In this document: positions 1-13,080 of the stretch, one piece after another
How the letters are laid out: the number at the start of each line of letters is the position of its first letter
Position numbering within the stretch: the first letter of the stretch is position 1
Source of the DNA: Ranitomeya imitator
Taxonomy: Eukaryota
Assembly: GCF_032444005.1 (NCBI RefSeq)
Contig: NC_091282.1
Coordinates: 831,854,001 to 831,918,000 of the forward strand
Reading direction: 5' to 3'
Length of the DNA stretch: 64,000 bases
The notes under the pieces: model-generated
What the model saw: only the letters and a program-made list of their open reading frames with translations
What the model was told of the DNA's origin: nothing
Database searches by the model: none
Program-made: the position numbers and the translations under genes

Positions 1-117
1 GTTGGCAATCCTGTCTTTAGGGAATTTCAGTTCCATTCTATAATTAGGAGAGTTCCTCGATTTCAATTCTTGCAGCTGCGCTTTTCCACTTTTATCTTCA
101 TTGGAATCAGCCTCCAT
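1..117 (-). CDS. Possible first coding exon of an unidentified gene (MEADSNEDKSGKAQLQELKSRNSPNYRMELKFPKDRIAN...), open to the window edge
   Basis: aaaATGG Kozak-like context at 117, 39 open codons to the edge, and a candidate acceptor tttatttAG|G at 220/219. No homology recognised. Confidence 0.25.
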   Translation of the reverse strand, partial: MEADSNEDKSGKAQLQELKSRNSPNYRMELKFPKDRIAN

Positions 118-554
118 TTTGATCTGCAGATTTCATTCTACAGATTATTCCTGAGCACTCTGCTATAAATCCCATGAAGCATCAGCACGGTATCTGATTA
201 TCCTTTCTACCATATTAACCTAAATAAACTAATATATTATAAGATTATAATCAACGAGGCTGCATTGTGATCTTCATTACAACCGGGTGTGCCAGGAGCA
301 GCAAATTCATAATCAGTAATTGTGATAGAAGTTTCTTTCAATGGGGTAGAATCTATGTAATTTCATCATATAGAAAATTCTGGCGACCCCTTTCAGAGAA
401 CGTAAAGGTATGTAATTTTCAGAGGTCACATGACTTAACCGAATGAATTTTAAGGTGGAAAAGAACAACTAAGTAAGGAAGTACTATTTGAAGTGTATAT
501 GTATATACACACAAACTATATTATATCTATATATACACACATACACGTGCGCAC

Positions 555-2168
555 ACTGTGCAAAACATTTAGTCAAATGAGGAAAAACTGCTTTAAAAAA
601 AGGTGTTAATAGTTTATTTTTATTAATTATAAAAATGCAAAGAGAATAAAAGAGAGAAATCTAAATCAAGTCAATATTTGGTGTGACCAGCTTTTACCTT
701 CAAAACCACACCAAAGCATCTGGGTACACTTGCACACTGTTTTTGAAGGAGCTCAGCAAGGAGTAGTTCCAAAACATATTGGAGAACCACAGAACTTCTG
801 TAGATGTAGGTTTGCACAAATAATTCTACCGCTTTATGTAATCCCACACAGACTCAATGCTTATATCACAGCTCTGTGGAAGCCATATCATCACTTCCAG
901 GACTCCTTGTTCTTCTTTATGGTGATGATAGTTCTCAAAGATATTGGCTGTGTGTTTGGCTCCATATTTCTTCTGAAGCAGATCAACAACCCCATGAGAC
1001 GTCTACTTGATGGTATTACATAATGGTTAAATATCTACCTGTGTATTGAGGAAACCATTCACCCTAGAATGTATGACAACTGAAATATACACTTTCACAT
1101 AACCCGGGCCTTTTAGGCCCTTGTGCAAATCATATGGAGGAACTCCAAATAAATTAACTTTAACAAGTTTATTTCAAAATTGCAAAGTAAGATATGGAAA
1201 ATGCACAAAATTGTAATTATAATGGTTTGCAAAAAGTAAGCTAACAGGGGTTACGCATTCTATTAACCATGACAACATTTCCAACCTCATTAGCCTGAAA
1301 TGTAGCCCTAAACTTGCAAGGAACCTCCACAATGCTTCACTGTTGCCTGCAGACACTCATTATGCCAAATATTTCAAATGTTACATAATCAGAGCACCTG
1401 CTGCCATTTTTGTGCACTTCAGTTCCTAAAACTTTGTGCATAGTTGAGTTGTTTGGCCTTGTTTCCACATGGTAGCTATATTTTTTCGCCACAGTTCTTC
1501 CATGAAGCCTACTTCTGGCCAGACTTCTCTGAACAGTAGATGGGTCTCATTAGCTGCCGACAGTTTTGAGCTAATGACATTGCTAGACATTTTCCAATTT
1601 CAAAGTAAGAATGATATGTTTTTTAGCTGTTGCACTAGGTTTTTCTGGCCAACCCAAAGCGTATACAGCCCTCAAAATTTCTTGGTGTCCTTAGGCATCC
1701 ATGCAGATAGTTATCCATCGTGCATCTGATTGGCTCCAAACTTATTCGGCAGTAGGATCACGGCCCTAAACATACAGCCAATGTGACAAAGAACCATCTT
1801 CTGTGTAAAGTAAAACAAGGGGTCCAGGAAGTCATCATATGGCTCCTTGGTCTCAACATAGTCATGCCTGTGTGGGATTACATGTAGAGAGAGAAAGATC
1901 TGCTTAAGTTTAAATCCACAGATCTGCGGTTAGTTCTCCAAGATGTTTGGAACAAGTGTACTTCGAAGAATTGAGGTTTTGATGCGGTTTTGAAAGAAAA
2001 GGGCGGTCACATAAATGATTAATTTCATTTACATTGCTTGTTTGTTAATTCACTTTGTATTTTGTTAATTGATAAAAATGAAATATTAACAGTTCAGTTT
2101 TTGACCGCATTCTTAATTTTTGTATCATATTCTTCACAACTGGCTAAAACATTTGCATAGTACTGTGA
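555..2168. mobile_element. Degraded Tc1/mariner remnant(s)
   Basis: Tc1-type terminal sequences (cactgtgcaaaacattt... and ...aaaacatttgcatagtactgtg) and decayed transposase-like text. No intact ORF. Confidence 0.5.
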
Positions 2169-2495
2169 ATATATATGTACTCACACGTACATAATATATA
2201 TATGTAATTTAGCCAGTGACAAGATGAATTCAATTGACAAAATAAATGATTAACCCCCCCACCCTCCCCCAAAAAAGCCTGAACTGCTACTTTAACAATA
2301 CAAGACAAAGTACTGGGCACATTTAGTATTATGTGAAGATTTTAAAAGGTTTTCCAAACATTTTTTAGTCCATTGACTTGCTGAGGTAAAAAATAAACTG
2401 AGCCTTACGTATCCACGGCTGCTCAAATACTGCTGCTGTCCTTAGGCACTGTAGACAGGACGTGAAAGTTGGCATAAGACCGTCGAACCGGCGAT

Positions 2496-2503
2496 TGACG
2501 TCA
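2496..2503. promoter_or_regulatory. Perfect CRE palindrome TGACGTCA in a small CpG-containing unique patch
   Basis: Direct sequence match. A minus-strand donor-like site (ATAC|GTAAGG at 2409/2408) lies about 90 bp away. Confidence 0.3.
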
Positions 2504-3438
2504 GCAGTCACATCACCTCTGCAGCCTGTCAACAAAGACTGGGGAGAGCAGTAAAGAGGCAAAGCAACTATGGATGAGTGTAGCGGAGTTTGTTATTTTT
2601 AACCTCGGCAAGGCTTAATCTTCTTTATGTATATAGGTAGTTTAGGTTACATTAGCTAATAAGACATATATGAAAGGAAAAACATGTATTTATATAAGCT
2701 TACCTGCAGTGTAGTCACAAATAACTATTAGAAGAGTAACCTGTTTAAAGTATGTACATGAAAAGGATTTTAGTCTGGTTCCCGTCCTTTGTAACTGGTG
2801 TTACAGGAAATTACAGCATGTTTCTATCCAAATTTTACATAAGCGTTGTTGTATAACTTTATTAAATAAATTTTCTGAGAAGACTAGTAATAATGTCGTT
2901 AGTGTCTTATTGTTTACAAAGATGCTTGCATTTTCTTCATTGGGATTATTATTACATCTTATAGCATTTTACCCAACGCTCATCGGCTCCGATTGGGGCT
3001 TACATTTGAATCCCTGTAAACTGAATCACGGTGTGCTCTGCCGCACATAATTTTCAGCTGTATATGCCTACTAGATGCGGGCGTCTTGCTGCCAGTCTCA
3101 ACTAGATGTGTAAGGCCAACAATTATGTTCAACAGAGCATACTTTGACTCTGTCTACTTCATTATAATCAATTGCCCGTCGGCAAACATGCTAGAATCTG
3201 AGACACTAATTACATATCCCCATAGATGAGGGTACTACCACTGAGACCCACACTTATCGCAGGATCGGTAACCCCACATCTCGTGACCATTGTCAGAAGA
3301 GAGATGACAGAGCATGTATTGCTTTCTCTATTTACCTCTGTAGGAATTCTGAAAAATGTTGCACAGTCACTGGTCTTGAGATTGGTCGGGGTGGAATCCA
3401 CATCTATCAGAACATTTATAGCATAGTTAGTGGATACA

Positions 3439-3718
3439 CAGTTGTGCTCAAAAGTTTATATACCCTGGCAGGATTTTTGCTTTCTAGGCCTTTTTTTCAG
3501 AGAATATGAATACTAACACCAAAACTTTTTCTCCACTGTTTTGTGATTGGGTGAAGCCATTTATTGTCAAACTACTGTGTTTTCTCTTTTGAAATCATAA
3601 TGACAACCCAAAACATCAATGAGTGGAGAAAAAGTTTTGATGTTATCATTAATATTCTCTGATAAAGGCCAAGAAAGCAAAAATTCGGCCGGGGTATGTA
3701 AACTTTTGAGCACAACTG
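3439..3718. mobile_element. Tc1-derived MITE
   Basis: TIRs CAGTTGTGCTCAAAAGTTTA / TAAACTTTTGAGCACAACTG, followed by TA. Confidence 0.7.
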
Positions 3719-4734
3719 TATGTCTAAGATGTGAATACCCCATTAATGATCAAGGGTCATCTGAGTATGACCATGTACGTAGGTACTCATTGAGTAGGAT
3801 CCCCTACTTGACTCCTAAGGCCAGACTGAGCATGAATTTACATTAATAGAAAATTATACAAAATCTTTTCCCACAAAACTATATATCTGCTCAGGTCCTG
3901 CCCTATAGTCTCCATATCATACTGTATGTACAAAGTCAATAGTTTCCTTTAACCCCTTCATACACCTTGATGTACATGTATGTCGTTGTGACCTGTTATT
4001 TACTGCACTACATCCCATATTTATAGCACGAAGATGGAGCATACACAGGAGCGATGCCCGTGCCATCCGCAGACGGAGCCAGCCGGTACAGACAGAATGG
4101 ACTCCCGTTCCACAGCAAGGATTGTAGCTGTATATGATTCTAGCTGTTTAACTCTTTCCTTACTGGGAGTGTTCCTGACTGCACATAAAATGATTTTAGT
4201 AGAGTGAATGTGGTTCCTCTGTCAGTCCACAGGCATCCCCGCAGCGCGATTGCAGGGTGCTGATAGACCTTGAAATCCCATAGCAAACTAACAATGGCCT
4301 GTGTCTGCAACATTCCTCAGCCTATCAGATCCTGCTGAAGACAGGGTCTGATAGGCTGAGAGTTAAACGGTTAGACTGTCAGATAATGCAATGTATAAAC
4401 TGTGCAATGCATTGTTTCATAGGTTTTAAGGTTGAAAGTAGCGACAATTTCATCTAGTCCAAGCTATAGGCAATATGTAAAAGTCACTGGCTGCACAATT
4501 CCAGCATTGTATGTCTGACTCTGAAATGCTGTGGCGTGTCAGAGAAAAACATTCTCTAGAAGCCACTGGGGACCAAGCTGTATGAGAGACTAGTCGTATA
4601 GGCGGGTTCCTGGCAGCTCCTCCCACTTCAGTAACATCTGGCTGCAATGTTTTGGCCACCCATGCAAACAAAAACAGCATGAAAAATGCCGTGGAATCAG
4701 AATCGCACAGGAAGTTTTTCTGATGTTACCCTTA

Positions 4735-5080
4735 ACGTGGTATTCCCATCTCCAAGATCCGATCCAATTATTTAGTAGGTGTAATAATAGTATTAGCAAA
4801 TGTCTCCGTAGTATAGTTTTCTGATTCGCTATGGCACTTACCTCATGTGCAGGGTATTGCAGGACCTTAGGTATCCATGGTTATGACCACTAACAACTGT
4901 CACTATATCAGTGGATGTAACCATGGATACCTAAGGTCCTGCAATGCCTGCACATGAGGAAGGAGACACAGTGAATCAGAAAAACTATACTACATTTCTA
5001 ATTGGAGGTATTTGCTAATATTAGTATTATTATTACACCTACTACATATTGGGATATGATCTTGGAGATTGGAATACCCC
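4735..5080. mobile_element. Palindromic T2-type MITE (degenerate)
   Basis: Long internal inverted repeat (..attgcaggaccttaggtatccatggtta.. / ..taaccatggatacctaaggtcctgcaat..) and ggtattccc/ggaataccc ends. Confidence 0.6.
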
Positions 5081-6923
5081 TAAAAGTGTTAAACTAGATT
5101 CAAATATGCTTGCAGGCAACAATTGTCACTCTATTCTACGGTTTTGAGTTTGAAAACAGCATTTGGTCAATACTTTGCATCAGTATTTTAAGCCAAAATT
5201 CAGGAATGGATCCTGTAGAGAGATAAACTCGATTCACGACCCTTCAGTCTTTTCTTTTGGTTTCACTCTTGGTTTTGGCTTAAAAATACTGACGCACTGA
5301 CGTGAATAAGCCCTAGGAACCAAATCCCGTCCTCAATTATTCTTTGCTGCCTCAATGTCTCTACATACGCATTACTGATGGGGCATCTCTAAGCTACTTG
5401 GTGCTAAACTGGAAATTCCTACATCCAACAAGTAAATTATACTGACATAAGACAGCAGACTATCATAAAATCATTTCAAAGTAAACGCTTCGGGCCCCCG
5501 GGACACTCAGTCAAGAGCATCGTATCACAAAATCATGTAGCCTGCTGACTACCAAGAAATCTGAGGAAGTCTGGAATTACAGAAGTTGCCTTATTCTATA
5601 TTTGGACTTTTTCTAGTAATATCTTTTAACAGTTTTTCCCAATCTGATCCTCCATAGAACATCAAAACATCCTTGTATTGACAATCTTCTTAATTCAGAA
5701 CTAATTATATAGTTTACGCTCACCAATAATTAGCACGCTTGTGTATGGGAGAACTCGAAAGGTGAACCCTGAAAAGTAGATAGAGGAACATAGTATAAGG
5801 GCTATTCATAATGTACTTTCCTAACATTTTAGTCATATTTCTGACTCCAAAAACACCATAGTTAATCCTAATAACTGAGATCACTAGTTGTGCGTAAATG
5901 ATCCAGTAATATAATGGAGTTCGGAGGTAAATGCCTTACCCTGAATAAACTCAGCATTAAAATCATGGGCAAAACATGAATATGAACTATGCAACTAAAA
6001 TGTTTGCAAAATAGTTCCTTGTAAACTAAATTCTTAGAGGTATTATGAGTTATTTCATTTGAGCAAACACATTTTTCTTTCCTCTTTATCATACCAATTT
6101 GAGCTGGCGAATAACCAAGGGTAAAAACTCAGATACCGCTGCTTACTGTTTAGATGTGTGCCGCCGTAAAACTGGGAGTTGTGCAGGACAGAAACTAAAA
6201 TATTTAAAATAAATAAATAGCTTACAATATTATTATTATCAGAAATGTTATCTTATTTTACATACTTTTTTTTGCAGTCATCCATTTTTTCACAGAACAG
6301 TTATCCTACAAATCAGGTTTATATATACACAGTATTGTACAAAAGTTTTAGGCAGGTGTGGACAAAAAAAAAAGATGCAAAGTAAGAATGCTTTCAGAAA
6401 CAGAAGTGTTAATAGTTTTTTTAATCAATTAACAAAATGCATAGTGAATAAACAAAAAAGCAGCTTAAATCAAATCAAGATTTGGTGTGATCACACTTTG
6501 CCTTCAAACAGCATCAATTCTTATAGGGACACTTGCACTAAGTCAGTGACATTGTAGGATTACAGACAGGTGTAGGAGTAACCAATTATACCAAACAGGT
6601 GATAATAATCATTTTCATATGTAGGTTGAAATACAGCTATAAACTGAAACAACTGTGTAGTAGGCTTAAAACTGGGTGAGGAACAGCAAAACTCTGCTAC
6701 AATGGTGAGGTTGTAGAAAACAGTTTCATGTCAGAGGTCAATACACCATGGCAAGACAGCAACAAGATGGTAGTTATATTTCATCAGCTAGGTCTCTCCC
6801 GGACAGAGATATTGGAGTAAACTGGAATTTCAAGAAGTACAATGTTCAAGGTGTGGGTTAAAGACAGTAGACCTAGTGTTCGAACAAGGAACTCAGTGCA
6901 GCAGATGAAGGACATCATGCTTA

Positions 6924-7580
6924 CCGTATTTTTCGGCGTATAAGATGATTGGGTGTATAAGACGACCCCCAACTTTTTGGGGGTCATGTTATACGGCATG
7001 TGCAGGGAGCGGTCCCGGATGGTTCCCAGGGTCTGAAGGAGAGGAGACTCTCCTTCAGGCCCTGGGATCCATATTCTTGTAAAAAAAAAATAAAATAAAA
7101 GAATAAAAATATGGATATACAGTACTTACGTTCCGACGCCCCCCCCCCGGAGTTCTCCCGACTCTCCGCGATGCACGCGGCGGCTTCTGTTCCCAGGGAT
7201 GCATTGCACGCCGCAAAGGACCTTTGTGATGTTCCGGTCACGTGACCGCGACATCACAAAGGTCCTTGGCGGCGCACAATGCATCCCTGGGAACGGAAGC
7301 CGCCGCATGCACCACTGAGGACCGGGAGAACTCCGGGGGCCGTCGGAAGGCAAGTATATCGAGATTTTTTATTTTTATTCTTTTTACACGAATATGGATC
7401 CCAGGGCCTGAGGAGAGTCTCTTCTCCTCCAGACCCTGGGAATCATCCGGGACCGTGCCCTGCACCATATGAGTCGACCTCAGAGCTCCGCACATGCAGT
7501 GCTAGGCGCATAAGACGACCCCCGACTTTTGAGAAGATTTTCAGGGGTTAAAAAGTCGTCTTATACGCTGGAAAATATGG
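6924..7580. mobile_element. CCGTA-terminal (Tc2-like) MITE nested in a Tc1 remnant (~6330-7740)
   Basis: TA|CCGTATTTTTCGGCGTATAAGA ... TTATACGCTGGAAAATATGG|TA. Confidence 0.7.
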
Positions 7581-7754
7581 TACTTCCCTTCAAAATTAGA
7601 AGACATGCAGTAGTTCCATCAGTTCAGACCTGGTAGGAACCAGTGGAACGCTGCTACACCCTGTTCTGTTCACTCAAGTCTGTCCAGAAGCAGTCTTTAT
7701 GAAATAAGTGTGGTCAAAAAGCCATGTATCGACATGGAAATAAGGCCAAGTGAC

Positions 7755-8042
7755 TAGTGATGAGAGAGAATACTCCTTACTCGGGTTTCCCCGAGCATGC
7801 TCGGGTGGTCTCTGAGTATTTGGATGTGCTTGGAGATTTAGTTTTTGTCGCCGCAGCTGCATGATTTATGACTGCTAGACAGCTTGAATACATGTGGGGA
7901 ATGCCTGTTTGTTAGGGAATTCCCACATGTGTTCAGCCTGTCTAGCAGTTGCAAATCATGCAGCTGTGGCGATGAAAACTAAATCTCCGAGCACGCCAAA
8001 ATACTCGGAGACCCGAGTAATGAGTATACTCGCTCATCACTA
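7755..8042. mobile_element. hAT-type MITE
   Basis: TIR TAGTGATGAG / CTCATCACTA, flanked by a perfect 8-bp TSD CAAGTGAC (7747-7754 and 8043-8050). Confidence 0.85.
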
Positions 8043-9571
8043 CAAGTGACTCAAATATGAACAAACACATAGGTACTGGGGTGTATATGGCAGTTTATAT
8101 GGGGTGTACAATTTTGAAATGTATGGCAGTAACAGAATGCAGTTTATTTGCTGAAAGGATTGGTGAGTGGTTCAATGAGTGGTACAGTCATTTATCTAAA
8201 GTGTCCCAGGAACGATAACTCATCATGACAATGCTAGGCTACATGGTGCTGGTGCTACTGTGAGCTGCCACTGTGGCTTAAACATACTATAGAAAACTAG
8301 TAAGATCAACTACATGGTTAAAGCTCAGCAGAGTACATGAAGTTCAGGAGGAGCACAATACATTACATGTACTACAGGTAGAAATTGTTACAGTATACAG
8401 ATGTAACATATCTAAAATGACCGTGTAAAGTAAATTAATATTCTTCAGTCACTGTTCATTTCTGCGTCGAATGTAGCACAGGTGGACAGGAGTACAGTAC
8501 ATGGAGTACAGGTGAATTGTAGTACAATAGATTAAATACAGGTAGAACATAGGACAGTACATCTAGCACAAGTACAGACAAATTCATGTAGTACAGGAAA
8601 GAGCAGTTCAGAAAATATAAGATTGACCCCCATTTGATGCATTCATTTTTTTCCCTATTTTCCTTCTGAAAATTTGGGGTGAGTCTTATGGTCTGGTGAG
8701 TCTTATAGTCCGAAAAATACGGTACCCAATTTGTTCAAATCCCAAAATGTCATGCCTTATACAAAATCAAATAAAAGAAAGATGTTCTAACAGTGAAATT
8801 ACTCCTGCCATTTCCTGATCTATCTAGTTTCCTATAAGGCAGCTGTAAATGAACAGGAAAATAAATAAGTAAATATAAAAAGTATATATATATTCAAATG
8901 AAAACAATTAGGTTTTTTGTTTTTTTCATTTAAAAAAAGCAGCTAAAAAGCAGGAACTGTGTTAAAATAAAAAAATATGCATTTTTAGATTGTCAAATTC
9001 CCTGGCGGTTTAGTGCCGACACTCCAATAATCCCCACACTATTTGCTTACTTTGCTGCAGTAATGATGTGCACAATATGCACATGACTGGTGAATCCAAT
9101 CAATAACCTTAGCGGCGATGCTTGTTTTTAACAAAAGACCAGCAAGGCTAGTGGTTTGCAGCGGTCACGTGTGTGTACAGCATATCATCGCTGCAGCAAA
9201 GCACACAGAGAGATCGCAAGAGCACAGGAGCTGAGGCAGCAGTCATTTTATCAGGAAATGCTTATTTTTTATTTTATCGCATGTCCCGCTTTTAGGCTAG
9301 TTTTTACATAATCACAAACAACCGCTTGAATTTTTTTTCTAATAAGTAGAAGACCATTTTTATTTAAATGAAATACCAGCAAATGGATTACATTTTTATT
9401 AGGGAATTTGATATTTTTTAGAAAGTCTAACATTGTGTTGTGTCCAGACCCATAAAGTCTCGTTTTAAACTAATATATCTTTATTACTACAATCATGCCT
9501 TTACTATTTGGCAGAGTTCAGATAGGCATACTTCACTGTCCATAAACAGACTGTCATGCCTGAACTCTATC

Positions 9572-9607
9572 CTGGTGAAGAGACCCGAGTAGTCTAGAAA
9601 GCAGCTA
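9572..9607 (+). ncRNA. Degenerate hammerhead-ribozyme-like motif (Penelope-like remnant)
   Basis: CTGGTGA-AGAGAC-ccgagta-GTCTA-GAAA-GCAGC-TA. The core CUGANGA is mutated to CUGGUGA; stem II is retained. Confidence 0.4.
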
Positions 9608-9634
9608 TTTGTCACCATCTTTCAGTTAGCCATT

Positions 9635-9713
9635 ATTATTATTATTATACATTTTTATAGCGCCATTTATTCCATGGCGCTTTACATGTGAATACATGTG
9701 AATACATGTGAAT
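9635..9713 (-). mobile_element. Short L2/SINE 3' tail insertion
   Basis: Reverse complement of tgtaaagcgccatggaataaatggcgctataaaaatgtat(aat)n, flanked by a CCATT direct repeat (9630-9634, 9714-9718). Confidence 0.65.
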
Positions 9714-10095
9714 CCATTAAAAGGTATTAGCTACTGAGGACTCTCAAATTTTAATATTTTTCTGGACTTTGTTCAGAATTTTCAGCCTCATATGTGTCTG
9801 TATGTGAAACTGTACAGTAAGTTCGGTTCAAGAGACTTGCAGTCAGTCTGCATCTTTTGGTGCGTATATGGAACCACAAAATATGTCCATCTGAAGGCGG
9901 CCATTAAGTGTTATGTTGATTGTGAATCTACTCAACTAAATGACCAGGATGGGGTCTCAGTCACTGGTGATAATTATAGACCATGAAGGGTATGTCCTTC
10001 ACTTGACTTTCCGGCATTCTTGTCACTGGGTAAATCTACACACATGTACCCAAAAGTACTGTCCCTCAGCCACAGAAGAAAGATGTCAAAAAGCA

Positions 10096-10731
10096 CTATC
10101 CATAATGTCGTGAATCATGCTTCCTCTTGTAGTCCTTTTCCTGGTGATACTGCTTATAACCCTTACTCTCCTTATTCTCTTTTCTTCCCTTGTCTTGTTT
10201 GAAGTATTTATGTTGTTCTTCATTTTCTTTTCTGTATGACTTTCCAATAAAATCCTGTTTCTTTGAGTAGTCATGTTTCTTTTCATCATATTTTTTCAGA
10301 TAACTTTTTTCTTTGTATGACTTTCCTTCTGAATCTGCAAAGGACTTGATTGGTTCTTTGGGTTTCTTATGAAATGGAAATATATCCCTTTTCTGAGAAC
10401 CATCCTCAGATGCTATCCGTATCTTTCCAATTTTGGCTTCCATGTATTTGTTTTTAGGCTTTAACCCCCATTGTCCAGTTGGTTTTTGACTGTCTTTACT
10501 TAACTCTGTTTTCTCATAAGCTGGTGGTTCTTTTGTTACCAAATCTTCTTCAACGCTTATTGCTTCATCCTCTTCTTCACTTGTTAGCTCCTGTTCTTCA
10601 ACTGCAGGCATTTCAGATTCCTCCAACATTGGAACATCTGGTTCTTCAATATCAGGAGAATCTGGTTGCTCGACTTCAGGTAACTCTGGTTCAGATGAAC
10701 CAAACCAAGCTTCAAAAAACCATGGTTCTGA
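10096..10731 (-). CDS. JSRP1: JSRP1 (JP-45, junctional sarcoplasmic reticulum protein 1), terminal coding exon
   Basis: Acceptor ttctttctattAG|TCAGAA at 10732. The phase-0 frame SEPWFFEAWFGSSEPELPEVEQPDSPDIEEPDVP runs into the supplied ORF (MLEESE...HYG*, stop at 10096-10098). Acidic then Lys/Glu-rich tail, consistent with the JP-45 luminal domain. In phase with the upstream exons. Confidence 0.85.
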   Translation of the reverse strand, partial: SEPWFFEAWFGSSEPELPEVEQPDSPDIEEPDVPMLEESEMPAVEEQELTSEEEDEAISVEEDLVTKEPPAYEKTELSKDSQKPTGQWGLKPKNKYMEAKIGKIRIASEDGSQKRDIFPFHKKPKEPIKSFADSEGKSYKEKSYLKKYDEKKHDYSKKQDFIGKSYRKENEEQHKYFKQDKGRKENKESKGYKQYHQEKDYKRKHDSRHYG

Positions 10732-11039
10732 CTAATAGAAAGAAATGGTTAAATATCAATCAGTAAGGAGAGTTCAGAGTCAGAATGCTGATTAAAATCA
10801 ACCATACTGGTATGTAAGCATGGGTCCTGTATGAAGTCTAGAAGGCTAATTTAGTAGTGTATGCATTATTGCATTTAGCACAATATTGATGGCTGCTAAA
10901 TATTTTAAAACTACATTGGTAAAATGTGAATGTTGCCTCATGCAGTCAAAGACATAACAGAATACTTTTAAAGAACTGTAAATAAGGATTTTAGAAACAT
11001 CGAGGACTCCTAAACATTTATATCACCATTAATATATGG

Positions 11040-11075
11040 CCCCTGACGAAGTCATATGTGAAACGTGCACTAGGG
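11040..11075 (+). ncRNA. Degenerate minimal hammerhead ribozyme motif (Penelope-like remnant)
   Basis: CCC-CTGACGA-agtcatatgt-GAAA-cgtgcac-TA-GGG. Core and stem I are intact; stems II and III are imperfect. Confidence 0.5.
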
Positions 11076-11299
11076 TTGTGGGCAGTGTGTGTCAAGAGGT
11101 TTACTAGGTTGACATGTAATTGCTGGGTATTATATTTAAAGTCCTCTTCTTCTTTTTCATTGACCCCAATTTCCTCCCTTTTCTATCCTGATTCTGCACT
11201 GAAATATTATAATGAAATATTGAAAGTGCCCTTGATGAAGTTGCACATCCTTCATTTAGAACAACTCAGCACAGACGGCGACAACCCTGGCACACACTG

Positions 11300-13080
11300 C
11301 AAATACATTTTCTCCAGCAGTGTTCCAGGTGCGCCAAACGTCTGGAGAAAATTCAATCTGGCTGAAAATTTCATCTATTATAAATTTATGCTTAAAACAT
11401 ACATCTCTGCCCCTCACATCTCCAAACAAACCTACTTCAACACACTCATCACTATCCAACAATCATAAACGACTGCAATATTTTTCATTCTCTCCTCAAT
11501 CTGAGAAATTTTAAAGAAAAAGTTGATAATAACCGACAGGACATTTTTTCTCTAATATTATGCACTGTCCTCCCTCCCACACTGCATCTACCTCAGAAGT
11601 TAACAGGCTCCTTGCATCTTCTCTTCCAACTACCGGCACCAGCGACCCTATTCCATCACATCTCCTTCAGTCTATTTCCCTCAGCTATCACCACTCACCT
11701 AACTAAAATATTCAATCTCTTTCTCTCAATTGGTACCTTTCCCTCCTCATTTAAAAATGCCAGCATACATCCACTACTTAAAAAAACATCCCTCGACCAG
11801 AACTGCACTGCTAACTACCGACCTGTCTCTAATCGTCCCTTGATCTTTAAACTCCTGGAACACTTGGTGCACTCCCATCAAATCCGTCATCTCTCAGATA
11901 ACTCTCTTCTTGACCCTTTAAAATCTGTTTTCACTCCTTACTCTCTACTGAAACTGCCCTCACTAAAGTCTCTAATGATCTACTAACAGCTAATGTCCAC
12001 TACTGCCTGCTGATTCTCCTGGATCTCTCTGCAGCATTCAACACTGTGGATCACCAGCTCCTCCATCAGCCTCAAGAGTAATGAACTCTCCCGATTCTCC
12101 TCCTACCTCTCTGACCAATCCTTTAGTGTATCTTTTGCTGGTTTCTCTTCCTTTCCTCTTCCCCTTACTGTTGGGGTTCCTCAAGGATCAGTCTTAGGCC
12201 CCCTCCTCTTATTCTTATATGCTGCCCCTATTGGACAAACCATCAGAAGATTTGGTTTTTAGCACCATTTCTATGCTGACAACACCCAATTATACACATT
12301 GTCTGCACCCCTGCATTACTACAAATAACAAGTGATTATCTTTCCACTATATCGTTATGTCCTCCAGCTATCAAACTGAATCTATCAAAAATTGAACTCG
12401 TGTTTCCTCCTCCCTACACTAACCTACCTATGCCTGTTATTGCGATCTCTGTGTATGGTTCTACCATTACTCCCCAGCAGCACTCCCTCTGTCTTGAGGT
12501 CATATATGATGCAGGTTTTTCATTCACCCCGTACATCTGATCATTCACTTGCCCATGTCACCTACAGCTCAAAAACAGTTCTAGAATTTGAACTTTTCTT
12601 ACCTTTGACTCTGCAAAAACTCTTACTGTAGCTCTTATTGTGGAATATTGCAATTCTCTTCTTATCGGTCTCCCTCCTACTAAACTCTCCCCTCTCCAAT
12701 CCATCTTGAATGAAGCAGCCAGGATCATATTCCTTTACAATCGTTACACCGATGCCTCTACCCTTTGCCAGTCACTGCACTGGTTGCCCATCCGCTACAG
12801 AGTCCAATATAAACTTATCAATCTTACCTACTTGGTTCAGTATCATCCTACAACTCCTCCGTCATCTCAGTCTACCACACTACCCGTGCCCTCCGTTCTG
12901 CTTATAACCTAGGACTAACATCTTCAATAATAGGAACCTCCCACTTCGTCTCAAAGACTTTTCACATGCTGTACCAATTCTTTGGGATGCACTACACAGG
13001 ACAATTCGATGATTAATTCCCAATACCCACAGTTATAAGAGTGACCTAAAAATGAATTTCTTTAGACTGGCCTATCGATT
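11300..13080 (+). mobile_element. L2-clade LINE, decayed RT and 3' region
   Basis: Fragments FPSSFKNASIHPLLKK..NYRPVSN, GVPQGSVLGPLLF, YAD-(N)TQLY and HWLPIRYRVQYK across frameshifts. Confidence 0.85.

Noticed and set aside
2900-3430. Searched for AMH, the syntenic neighbour in mammals
   Set aside because: No TGF-beta cysteine-knot or AMH-like peptide was seen in any listed ORF or hand-translated frame.
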